A stretch of DNA of 64,000 nucleotides from an uncultured bacterium (lineage in GTDB: Bacteria; Chlamydiota; Chlamydiia; Chlamydiales; VFKH01): assembly GCA_964596685.1 (NCBI GenBank), contig CAZQVA010000004.1, forward strand, positions 15,004 to 79,003, written 5' to 3'. Numbering within the stretch: the stretch's first letter is position 1; every line of letters begins with the position of its first letter. The notes beneath the pieces are model-generated. The model worked only from the letters and a program-made list of their open reading frames with translations, was not told the DNA's origin and did not search any database. The position numbers and the translations under genes were made by a program. Shown here in pieces: positions 19,967 to 28,666 of the stretch.

Positions 19967-20415
19967 CCAATACCAACCCGATCCCGGCGCGCCTGGCAGC
20001 GCTGAAGACCATGTCTGGCGCTGAACTGAAGAAACAATGGCGGGCCCTGTTCAACACTGAGCCGCCCCTGTTCAATCGGCGCTACATTGAAACCAGACTG
20101 GGCTACCGGATCCAGGAGCTCACCCATGGCGGACTGAAGCCTGAGACAATCCGGCGCCTGCAGGACCTGGGCGAGCAGCTCGATGGCGGGAACATTGCCA
20201 CCCGCCGCATCCGCACGGACCTGAAACCCATCATCGGCACGCGCCTGATCCGCGAATGGCAGGGCACCGAACACTGCGTGACCGTCACGCGCGACGGGTT
20301 CGAATGGCAGGGCCGACCCTACAAATCACTGTCGGCCATCGCGCGGACCATCACCGGCACGCGCTGGAACGGCTGGGTCTTCTTCGGTCTCAAGCATCAC
20401 AGGAGGGCGGCATGA
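19963..20415 (+). CDS. DUF2924-like protein (recombinase-associated)
   Basis: 150 aa with L..MSGAELKKQWRALF..EPP.FNRRYIETRLGYRIQEL, the pattern I associate with DUF2924. It sits immediately upstream of a serine recombinase with an ATGA overlap. Confidence 0.75.
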   Translation: MTNTNPIPARLAALKTMSGAELKKQWRALFNTEPPLFNRRYIETRLGYRIQELTHGGLKPETIRRLQDLGEQLDGGNIATRRIRTDLKPIIGTRLIREWQGTEHCVTVTRDGFEWQGRPYKSLSAIARTITGTRWNGWVFFGLKHHRRAA

Positions 20416-21707
20416 ACACGCCAATTACGCGCAAGCTGCGCTGTGCGGTCTATACGCGCAAATCATCGGAAGAAGGGCTCGAACAGGAGTTCAACAGCCT
20501 GCACGCCCAGCGTGAGGCCTGCGAAGCCTTTATCGCCAGCCAGCGCAACGAAGGCTGGGTGCTGGTTCGCGACCAGTATGACGATGGCGGAGTATCGGGC
20601 GGCACGTTGGAGCGGTCAGGGCTGCAACGCCTTCTCTCAGATATCGAAGACGGACTGGTCGACGTGGTGGTAGTCTACAAGATCGACCGCCTGTCGCGCT
20701 CGCTGATGGACTTCGCCAAGCTGGTCGAGGTGTTCGACCGTAATGAGGTGACGTTCGTGTCGGTCACCCAGTCGTTCAATACGACCACATCCATGGGCCG
20801 GCTGACCCTCAATGTCCTGTTGTCATTCGCGCAGTTCGAGCGCGAAGTGACCGGCGAACGCATCCGCGACAAGATTGCGGCGTCGCGCGCCAAGGGCATG
20901 TGGATGGGCGGCTGCCCGCCGCTGGGTTATGACGTTGAGGCCCGCAAGCTGGTGATCAACGACGTCGAGGCCGACCATGTCCGCTACATCTTCGACCAGT
21001 TTGCCCAGTGCGGATCGGCAACGGTCATGCTGCGCGATCTCAGGAACCGCGGGATCACCACCAAGCAGGGTGGGATCATTACCAAGGGGTTCCTGCACCG
21101 CCTCATGAACAACCGGGTTTATCTAGGCGAAGCGGTCCACAAGGGCACCAGTTATCCCGGTGAGCACAAGGCGATCATCACGCAGGATGCCTGGGACAAG
21201 GCCCACGCAATCCTGACCGAGAGCCCTCGCAAGCGGGCAGCACATACGCGCTGCAACACCCCTGCATTGCTCAAGGGCCTGCTGTGGGGTCCGGATGGCG
21301 CGGCGTTCTCACCAACCCACACCCGGAAGGGTGGCAAGCTCTACCGCTACTATGTCAGCCAGTCGGTGCTGCGCCATGGCGCTGGTGTCTGCCCCGTTGG
21401 CCGTGTCCCAGCCGCCGAGATCGAGAGCGCGGTCATCGAGCAGCTGCGGGCCATATTCCGGCAGCCGGAAATCCTGGCCGGATCAACAAAGGCAGCCCGA
21501 GGTCATCTGCCAGTCATTACCGAGGAGGAAGCCCGAATGGCGCTGACCACGCTCGATCCCATGTGGGATGAACTGTTCCCGGCCGAGCAGACCCGCATCG
21601 TGCAAATGCTCGTCGAGCGGGTTGATGTCGGCACCGATGGTTTTGACGTCCAGCTGCGGCTCGACGGCATGGCCACATTTGCACAAGAGATGAGGGAGGC
21701 AGCATGA
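20412..21707 (+). CDS. Large serine recombinase (resolvase/invertase N-domain plus recombinase domain)
   Basis: RCAVYTRKSSEEGLEQEFNSLHAQREAC (catalytic Ser region), VVVYKIDRLSRS, and LSFAQFEREVTGERIRDKI followed by the recombinase/zinc-ribbon region. Confidence 0.92.
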   Translation: MNTPITRKLRCAVYTRKSSEEGLEQEFNSLHAQREACEAFIASQRNEGWVLVRDQYDDGGVSGGTLERSGLQRLLSDIEDGLVDVVVVYKIDRLSRSLMDFAKLVEVFDRNEVTFVSVTQSFNTTTSMGRLTLNVLLSFAQFEREVTGERIRDKIAASRAKGMWMGGCPPLGYDVEARKLVINDVEADHVRYIFDQFAQCGSATVMLRDLRNRGITTKQGGIITKGFLHRLMNNRVYLGEAVHKGTSYPGEHKAIITQDAWDKAHAILTESPRKRAAHTRCNTPALLKGLLWGPDGAAFSPTHTRKGGKLYRYYVSQSVLRHGAGVCPVGRVPAAEIESAVIEQLRAIFRQPEILAGSTKAARGHLPVITEEEARMALTTLDPMWDELFPAEQTRIVQMLVERVDVGTDGFDVQLRLDGMATFAQEMREAA

Positions 21708-22084
21708 CCGACACCGAGATCGTAACCGTCCATGTCCCGTTCCACATTCGCAAGCGTGGTGGCCGCAAGGAGATGATCCTGCCCGATGCGGCGCTGACCA
21801 AGCACCGGCATGTCGACAATACCCTGATCAAGGGACTTGCCCGCGCTTTCCGGTGGAAGTGGATGCTGGATACCGGCGCATGTCCGACCCTTGGCGACCT
21901 TGCCGCCCAGGAGAAGATATCGCCGTCCTACCTTACGCGCGTACTGCGGCTGACCTTGCTGGCGCCAGACATCATCGATGCGATCCTGGATGGGCAGCTG
22001 GGGCCTGACACCACACTGGCGACCCTAATGGACCCGTTTCCGATCGATTGGGACGAGCAACGCCGGCATTTTTCGGAGGTTTAG
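21704..22084 (+). CDS. Recombinase-associated small protein with HTH-like segment
   Basis: 126 aa, overlaps the recombinase stop. It contains ISPSYLTRVLRLTLLAPDIIDAILDG and ends ...FPIDWDEQRRHFSEV. Confidence 0.65.
   Translation: MTDTEIVTVHVPFHIRKRGGRKEMILPDAALTKHRHVDNTLIKGLARAFRWKWMLDTGACPTLGDLAAQEKISPSYLTRVLRLTLLAPDIIDAILDGQLGPDTTLATLMDPFPIDWDEQRRHFSEV
22031..22062 (+). repeat. Left copy of a ~32-bp imperfect direct repeat (core GTTTCCGATCGATTGGG at 22036-22052)
   Basis: The 17-nt core is identical to 26963-26979, and similarity extends on both sides (about 27/32). It lies inside the 3' end of CDS 21704-22084. Confidence 0.85.
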
Positions 22085-22294
22085 TTTAGCGCTGGTCATG
22101 GCGACCAAGCGGACGGAAGGGATGATCAGTTTGCGTTCCGGAAGATCGGCTCTAGCAGGTAAGATTGGGAATGCGGACGTCCGCTAGCCGGTGCGTGGCG
22201 TCGATAGACGAGACCTCCCTGGCCGAACATTACGGCATAGCAGACACTGCGAACGTGTAATGTTCGCACAAGCGCGGACCTACTTCGAATGCCG

Positions 22295-22957
22295 TCAAAG
22301 CGCGTACGCCAGTGGGTCAGTTGATGCGCTCTGGAGCGAATTTGTTATGAAGTGAAGGTCAGCGATCAGCCCCCAAAGCGCCCAAGGACCTTGGGCTACG
22401 AGCCCGCTCCTTGAAGCATACAGTCCGGCGTCTATGACCAAAGCGCCCATAATATTCGGGCACGCGTTCAAGTTATTCTGCAAGGTCGAGATGTTTTTCC
22501 AGCCAGTATAGCCAACAGCAAACAACGGGATCTGTGATGCAGGGCCGTTTCCAAAGCTCATGCTCGCACCGAAGGAGCGGTGAAGTGTAGCAAGAGCATT
22601 CGCAGTATTTACAGCATCGGTCCATTGATTCGCGAGGTTCGATTTGACCTCAACAACTGCCGCCGCAGCCTCGGCCAGATAGAGACGCGTTTGTCCTGCA
22701 CCTACGGTTGGTAAAGACGGCGCAAACGGATATTCAACTACTACGTCAAGTTGACCGCTTTTGGCGCCTGATGCGTCCGTGGCATCTCCAGTCCCAAACC
22801 TATAGATCGGAGGCAGAACTTTGGCGAGAAACTCATCTATAAACGCAGCCCGTTCTTGACCAATTGTGGCAGATGAAAGCCCAACGCTGCTCTGGTAGAT
22901 GCCGTTAAGAATTGCCTGAAGGCCCGTTAGTCTTTGCAGTACATGTGGGTTGGGCAT
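22295..22957 (-). CDS. PD-(D/E)xK-fold nuclease-like protein (DUF6602-like)
   Basis: 220 aa with GQERAAFIDEFLAKVLP...GDATDASGAKSGQLDVVVEY...AVVEVKSNL, a D...(D/E)xK arrangement. A GGAGGA RBS lies 8 nt upstream. GC is visibly lower than in the core genes. Confidence 0.7.
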   Translation of the reverse strand: MPNPHVLQRLTGLQAILNGIYQSSVGLSSATIGQERAAFIDEFLAKVLPPIYRFGTGDATDASGAKSGQLDVVVEYPFAPSLPTVGAGQTRLYLAEAAAAVVEVKSNLANQWTDAVNTANALATLHRSFGASMSFGNGPASQIPLFAVGYTGWKNISTLQNNLNACPNIMGALVIDAGLYASRSGLVAQGPWALWGLIADLHFITNSLQSASTDPLAYAL

Positions 22958-23166
22958 CTAGGCTTTCCTCCGAAGCTGTCCACGAACGCATACGCAACTG
23001 TATTATGTAACTGGACAAGATTGTCTTCAGGGCGACCTGCGCCACCCTGACGGGCCCGCTCCCGACAGATTGGGATGCGTACACCGGTATTTCCTATGAA
23101 GGCCGGAGGCGCCTCGAATGCAACCAGACGTGAAAAGAAATCCGATATGGGCTACGGTCGCCTGCG

Positions 23167-26100
23167 ATGCGCTTTCTCGCCAACGGCCCCTCGATCCCTG
23201 ATGAACTGCTCGTCGCACGCGATGCGGGCGACGTGGTCTTCTTCTGCGGCGCCGGCGTGTCGCGCCATCTGGCTAAATTGCCGGACTTTCTCAAACTCGG
23301 CGGCGACGTCATCACCCTGCTCGGTGCCAGCGAAAAGAGCCTGGCACGCAAGCTCTTTCGGCGCGTCCAGTCGATGGCAGAAGACCCTATCAAGGGTGTC
23401 GGCAGCCTGATCGCCACCGACCGGATTTTCAGCCTGCTCGAGCGCGAATTCGAGCGCGAAGAGATCTGCAATCGGATCGCAATTGCCATCAAACCGGCCG
23501 CAGATGTCGACCTCAGCGCCCACCGAACGTTGCTCGACTTGTCCCGTGGTCCCCATGGCCAGATCCGACTGGTCACGACCAATTTCGATCTGTTGTTCGA
23601 GGCCTGCGTTGATGACACAGTGCCACGCTGGGGGCCGCCGGCTCTTCCCAACGCACAAAGCGAGCGGTTTAGTGGCATCGTTCACCTCCACGGTCGTGTC
23701 GATACCAATTATGCAGCGGCCGGGGACGATGAGTTTATCGTCTCGAGCGGTGATTTCGGGCGCGCCTATCTCTCGGACGGTTGGGCCACCCGCTTCATGC
23801 AAGGGCTGCTTGCACGGTTCCAAATCGTCTTCGTCGGCTACGCGGCCGACGACCCCCCGGTCAGCTATTTGCTTGAGGCCTTAAACCTGCGAGCGGGAAG
23901 CCAACGTGGCCTATATGCCTTCCAGTCTGGCATCAACGACGACGAGAAGGCCCTGTGGTGGCATCGCGGTGTCCACGCAATCGAGTATGAGGCCGAGGAT
24001 TTCACGCCGCTTTGGGGCAGTCTCGCACTTTGGGCAGATCGGGCACGGGATAGTGATGTATGGCATGATCGGCTACTCGCGGAGGCAGCTGAGGGCCCAG
24101 CGGCCCTCGAACCCCACCGCCGCGGACAGATCGCGCATATGCTGCGTACCCGAGAGGGGACGCGGCGTATCAGCATCGCGGAGGTGCCTCTCCCTGCCTC
24201 CTGGTTGCTGGCGCTGGATCCCAGTTTGCGGTTCGAGAAAGCGGGTGCAGTGGATCCTTATGATGAATCGAGTGAGCGGATCGACCCATACGAGAGCCTG
24301 AGCTTCGACTTCGACATCCCCCCACAACCGGCTGATGACGACTTGCGCGGCGAGCGAAAAATTCCGGAGGGCAGCTGGGACGCTTTCCTGCCGCACAGCG
24401 TCGATAGCGACGATAGCAAAGACGGCGATCTAGTCGCGTTCTGCGGCCGTCATGCCGGCGTGCCCGGACCGCTTAACAATCGGCTTCACAATCTCGCGAT
24501 TTGGTTCGCGCGAATCGCGCACGACCCGATCGCCTTATGGTGGGCAGCAGGGCGCGGTCCGTTGCACCCCCAGATGATCGAATCGATCCGCATGAGGATG
24601 AGGCAAGAACCGGATCACTGGACGGACGAAATCAGACGCGGCTGGCAGACCTTGTTCAGAGGTTGGTCCGATCGGCGCGAGGACACCAATAGTGCCTATT
24701 TTCTGCTCAGCGACCGTGTTGCTCGCGAGGGATGGTCAGATTCAATCGTGCGCGACTATGCGGACATCTTCAAGCCGCAACTTATAGTAAAACGCCGCTT
24801 CGGCATCCGCCATCCGCTTACCTGGACTGAGACCGACCGTCCCAATCCGGTTCTGGCCTATGGTGTCGACTATCCCCATCCCTATGACCAGCTGCCGATC
24901 CCCGATACCAAGCTCAGCTATGCGATCACAAGGTTTCGTGAAAACCTTGATCTCGCTCGGTCTCTAGAAGCCGAAATTTCCGGTGGACCCAACGTCTATC
25001 TGACCACGACACGCGCCGACGATGGCGCTCCCCCGATCTCCTTCGACGCCTTCGGACTTACCGGGCCGGTCGCACTATTCCAGCAGCTCATGGATAGTCT
25101 GGCTGAGCATTCGCCTGAGCAGGCCAGAACCGAGATCGCGCGGTGGCCAGCCGATGACGATCATATTTACGCACGGTTACGGATCTGGGCGGCCAGCAAG
25201 GCTTTGCTTACCCCTAGTGAGGCTGCCGACATGATCCTCGGACTGTCCGATCGCGCATTTTGGGACTCGGAGCATCAACGGGATCTGCTTTTTGCGATCC
25301 GCGACCGTTGGGAGGGCTTTACCCACGCTGACCGGGTGCGGATTGAAGACCGCATCCTCACCACGACCTATCCTTGGACCTCGGATACACGCGGTGATGC
25401 AGAAGCCCATTACCGATTGGATCGCCTTTTCTGGCTAGATAAAGTGGGTGTCCGCTTTTCCTTCGACCTCGCCGCGGAGATGGTGAAGTTGCGCACTATT
25501 GCCAATCGATGGACCCCACGATCGGGCGATGAAGCTGCGAACTCGACTGCTCCCGAGGTACATAGCGTCGAGACCGATGCCAATCCGCGCGTGTTGGAGG
25601 GTGTACCGCTCGCCGAGGTGCTTGATCGGGCGCGCGAAGCTGGACAAAGTGATTTTTTCGATTTCGTCGAGCATCGACCTTTCAGCGGTCTTGCCGACAC
25701 GCGTCCAAAACGGGCGCTGGCCGTACTGAGCCACGCCGCGCGCCGCGGCGAAGTTCCAGCCAATTTCTGGGCGGCCTTCCTCTATGCGGAGAGCCGCGAG
25801 GCGGACGATGATCGGCTCGTGCGCGTCATCGCAGGCCGGCTCGCGTCGCTGCCGGTCGAGGGGCTCAGCCAAATCGCTTACCCCGTGTCCGAATGGTTGC
25901 GCGAACGGGGGGCACAAGCCTTTGCTCACGAGACCAAAGCAGTAGACCTTCTGTGGCCGAGACTGATGATTGCGCTCCGACAGCGCGATGACGGTCGCAA
26001 GCGACGGGTCGACAGCAGCTGGGCGAACGACGCTCTGAATGCGCCTGTCGGTAAGCTTGTCGATCTTTTGATGAAGGATCCCGCCCTGAAAGGGCTTGGC

Positions 26101-26955
26101 GCGGGAAGCATTTTGCCAGCGCTTTGGCGCGCTCGTGCAGAGGCCCTGCTCGAGTTGCCCGGCGACATGCGACGCCACGCGCTTGTAATGCTAGGCCACC
26201 GGACGACATGGCTCTTTTATGTCGATCCTGCGTGGACCAAGGCGAAGCTGCTGACGAGCGCCAATCTCCTCGATGATGACGGTGACGCCTTTTGGGATGG
26301 CCTGCTCTGGGCGGCGCGCGCGCCGTCCCCGACTTTGTTCGAGCGGTTGAAGCCGTCCCTCACGATCCGCGCAACTTCACCGACGCGACGCCGGGCCGAA
26401 GCCAATGTAATCGGCGCCTTCCTTCTGATCGGCTGGGGTGAGGCCGGCGGCGGAGCGCCCAAGCCGTTGATCAGCGATGCGGAACTTAGGACGATCCTAG
26501 TGGAGTGCGACGACGATCTGCGGGGACAGGTCCTCTGGCATATGGAGCATTGGTCGGTTGATCCGGACCAACCCTGGCGGGCGAGGCTCTTACCGTTCCT
26601 AGTCGACGTCTGGCCCTATCATCGCGCGGTGCGGACAGCCGAGATGTCAGTTCGTTTGGCCGATCTTGCGCTCTCGAGCGGGGATCTATTTCCGCAGGTG
26701 GTTACGGCTATCCTGACGCGCCTGGTGCCAATCCGAAATGGCCTGTTGCGCGGCTTCATGATGCAAGAGGGGACACAGGATCATCCAGCCATCCACTATC
26801 CGGCCGCAATGCTCGATCTGCTCTGGGCGATCTTAGCCGAGGATGTTGCCCAGTGGCCCTATAAGGTCGAGGAAGTCTTCGATTTTCTGACACAAGCTGA
26901 GGAGACGCGGGCTGATCCGCGCCTATCTGAGTTGCGGCGGCGGCGACTGAGCTGA
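23167..26955 (+). CDS. SIR2-domain protein with ~1000-aa C-terminal region of unknown function (defence-associated-sirtuin-like architecture)
   Basis: The first ~240 aa carry VVFFCGAGVS, LVTTNFDLLFE, IVHLHGRV and IVFVGYAADDPP (SIR2_2-type NADase motifs). The rest is Trp/Arg/Leu-rich, with no Walker or other motif recognised. Confidence 0.85.
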   Translation: MRFLANGPSIPDELLVARDAGDVVFFCGAGVSRHLAKLPDFLKLGGDVITLLGASEKSLARKLFRRVQSMAEDPIKGVGSLIATDRIFSLLEREFEREEICNRIAIAIKPAADVDLSAHRTLLDLSRGPHGQIRLVTTNFDLLFEACVDDTVPRWGPPALPNAQSERFSGIVHLHGRVDTNYAAAGDDEFIVSSGDFGRAYLSDGWATRFMQGLLARFQIVFVGYAADDPPVSYLLEALNLRAGSQRGLYAFQSGINDDEKALWWHRGVHAIEYEAEDFTPLWGSLALWADRARDSDVWHDRLLAEAAEGPAALEPHRRGQIAHMLRTREGTRRISIAEVPLPASWLLALDPSLRFEKAGAVDPYDESSERIDPYESLSFDFDIPPQPADDDLRGERKIPEGSWDAFLPHSVDSDDSKDGDLVAFCGRHAGVPGPLNNRLHNLAIWFARIAHDPIALWWAAGRGPLHPQMIESIRMRMRQEPDHWTDEIRRGWQTLFRGWSDRREDTNSAYFLLSDRVAREGWSDSIVRDYADIFKPQLIVKRRFGIRHPLTWTETDRPNPVLAYGVDYPHPYDQLPIPDTKLSYAITRFRENLDLARSLEAEISGGPNVYLTTTRADDGAPPISFDAFGLTGPVALFQQLMDSLAEHSPEQARTEIARWPADDDHIYARLRIWAASKALLTPSEAADMILGLSDRAFWDSEHQRDLLFAIRDRWEGFTHADRVRIEDRILTTTYPWTSDTRGDAEAHYRLDRLFWLDKVGVRFSFDLAAEMVKLRTIANRWTPRSGDEAANSTAPEVHSVETDANPRVLEGVPLAEVLDRAREAGQSDFFDFVEHRPFSGLADTRPKRALAVLSHAARRGEVPANFWAAFLYAESREADDDRLVRVIAGRLASLPVEGLSQIAYPVSEWLRERGAQAFAHETKAVDLLWPRLMIALRQRDDGRKRRVDSSWANDALNAPVGKLVDLLMKDPALKGLGAGSILPALWRARAEALLELPGDMRRHALVMLGHRTTWLFYVDPAWTKAKLLTSANLLDDDGDAFWDGLLWAARAPSPTLFERLKPSLTIRATSPTRRRAEANVIGAFLLIGWGEAGGGAPKPLISDAELRTILVECDDDLRGQVLWHMEHWSVDPDQPWRARLLPFLVDVWPYHRAVRTAEMSVRLADLALSSGDLFPQVVTAILTRLVPIRNGLLRGFMMQEGTQDHPAIHYPAAMLDLLWAILAEDVAQWPYKVEEVFDFLTQAEETRADPRLSELRRRRLS

Positions 26956-26957
26956 CA

Positions 26958-26989
26958 GCCCGGTTTCCGATCGATTGGGCCGGGCAAAG
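26958..26989 (+). repeat. Right copy of the ~32-bp imperfect direct repeat (core 26963-26979)
   Basis: It starts 3 nt after the SIR2 stop. Read in the frame of the left copy it encodes FPIDWAGQRFDDRFSWS-stop, resembling the FPIDWDEQRRHF end of CDS 21704-22084. Confidence 0.85.
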
Positions 26990-27447
26990 ATTTGATGACA
27001 GATTCTCCTGGTCATGATCAGACCGCGTTCCAACCCGAAGCTGCTTGCTCTCAAAAACGTCTGAAATTCAGGCAATTATCTGCTCTTCACCGGACCTTGT
27101 TTAGGTAACAGCTTTGGAGAAAATGCGACTTAGGAGAACACTCTTGAGCCATCGCCACAGAGGCTAGGTGAATAGCCCACCGCCATAACCCTTGAATATA
27201 ACAGGATTTTTGAGGGAGTCCCCAGAAAGAGAATACTTTCATAGGGTTAAATGGCGGAGGGCAGTCGACCGGCGTCGAACCTTCTCTGCAAACTAACCCA
27301 TTGATTATTATATAATCGAGGTGAGTTCGAATCCCGCTCAAAGCGGTTGGCAAAAGTTGGATTCGTACGGGTCCTCAACACTGGAGAAAATCAGCCTTCT
27401 TGAAATGTCCGGCGTTATACCGTACAAGGACCGCAAGGAGATTGCCC

Positions 27448-27756
27448 ATGTTTGCCCTAGAAACCGTTACCCCGACCCCGGGCAAAATGGAGGCCCGCAA
27501 AGAGGTGCGCATGCACCGTGCCGACGAGGAGCGGATCAAGGCCGCAGCTGCCGCCACTGGCTTGCAGGAGGCGGACTTTATTCGTCAGGCCGCTCTTCTC
27601 CGTGCGCAGGAGGTTGAGCAGCGCATGTCTCTGTCGATTTTGCCGATTGAGGCATTCGAAGCCTTTAAAGCCGCTGTCGATGCACCGGGCAAGAAGATGC
27701 CCGGCCTCGCCCGAGCAGCCAAGGCAACGAAGGGCCTGCTCAAGGATGCCGGCTGA
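27448..27756 (+). CDS. DUF1778-family (TacA-like) type II antitoxin
   Basis: ATG at 27448 with an AAGGAG RBS at 27435-27440. A RHH-like segment (VRMHRADEERIKAAAAATGLQEADFIRQAAL) is present. It overlaps the downstream GNAT gene by 11 nt. Confidence 0.8.
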   Translation: MFALETVTPTPGKMEARKEVRMHRADEERIKAAAAATGLQEADFIRQAALLRAQEVEQRMSLSILPIEAFEAFKAAVDAPGKKMPGLARAAKATKGLLKDAG

Positions 27757-28291
27757 ACCCGGGGCTGAACTCCCAGCCCTGACAATCGCCAAATTCGACA
27801 AGGCGCTGCATGATCGCAGCGCTTTTTCATGTGGCTTTGCGCCGATCGACAATTTCCTGAAATCGTCCCTTTCCGACCAGGTCAAGGACGGCATGGTCAC
27901 TGCTTGGATCGCAACGGCCAACGGGGATAGCGCGGTACTCGGGTTCTACACGCTTGGTGCCATGGCCGTGAGAGCGGAATTCGGCCCGAAGAAATGGCAG
28001 CGAGCCCGGGTTCCAGATGTCCCGGTCATCTACATTCGAGCAGTAGCCGTCCGCGAGGACATGCAGGGCAAAAGCCTTGGCACCGCGCTCGTCATTGATG
28101 CGATGAAGCGATGCGCTGGCATCGCCGACCAAATAGGCGCGGCCGCCATCGTGCTTGACGTGCTGGACGGCGATCAATTCGACCGGCGATGGAAATTCTA
28201 CGTTGATCTCGGCTTCCTCCCGCTGGGTGATACGGACAACCCTCGCCGGGTGTTCATTCCAATGGCTGATGTCAGGGCCACACTGGCATGA
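27746..28291 (+). CDS. GNAT-family acetyltransferase toxin (TacT-like)
   Basis: FSCGFAPIDNFLK..., GFYTLGAMAV..., and VIYIRAVAVREDMQGKSLGTALVIDAM...FYVDLGFLPLG (acetyl-CoA binding Q/RxxGxG/A pattern). It is paired with a DUF1778 gene. Confidence 0.85.
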   Translation: MPAEPGAELPALTIAKFDKALHDRSAFSCGFAPIDNFLKSSLSDQVKDGMVTAWIATANGDSAVLGFYTLGAMAVRAEFGPKKWQRARVPDVPVIYIRAVAVREDMQGKSLGTALVIDAMKRCAGIADQIGAAAIVLDVLDGDQFDRRWKFYVDLGFLPLGDTDNPRRVFIPMADVRATLA

Positions 28292-28468
28292 AAGTCATGT
28301 CTGCGCTCCAATCTGCCCTGCTCAACAACTTTGCAAAACTTTACCAATGATTTGGATTTCATGACGTTGCTACTCGCCAGCATCCGACCGGAAAAAGGCA
28401 TCACTCCCATCGTTATAGACACTGCGCCGCAGTCTTACCTCACACATAGCATTTAGAAGAGGAAGCAG

Positions 28469-28666
28469 ATGTCCAATCTCAGACTATCCGAGCGTGTTGC
28501 GGCGGAGATAGCGGGCCACCGCCGGATTCTTATCGATTTGGGCATGCGTGCCAAAGGCGGCCTTTTGGCTCCGCACGATGAGGTGCTCATATCGAATATA
28601 CTGGTCGGGTGCCGACTAATTCTCGACAGGGCAATGAACGCAGTCTGGGCGGAGCTGTCAGTCTAA
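28469..28666 (+). pseudogene. 5' fragment of an unknown gene truncated by the IS6-family element
   Basis: Good RBS (GAGGAAGCAG before the ATG). The reading frame runs into the IS left end (about 28656) and its stop codon lies inside the IS. Confidence 0.45.

Noticed and set aside
22224-22266. 10-bp inverted repeat CGAACATTAC...GTAATGTTCG just downstream of the PD-(D/E)xK gene, as a terminator or att site
   Set aside because: The loop is 23 nt and there is no U-tract on either strand. The function cannot be supported from sequence alone.
27319-27347. tRNA-like T-arm (GTGAG-TTCGAAT-CCCGC) followed by TCAAAGCG, suggesting a tRNA gene or att-site tRNA fragment
   Set aside because: The T-stem has an A-C mismatch. 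No complementary 5' acceptor strand (GCTTTGA), D-arm or anticodon arm lies 60-90 nt upstream. There is no CCA, and no matching copy at the other island border. I can only call it tRNA-like and keep it as a low-interest note.
27087-27353. 88-aa minus-strand ORF in the AT-rich gap
   Set aside because: The composition is atypical, there is no RBS, and it overlaps the palindromic and tRNA-like elements. It is most likely non-coding.
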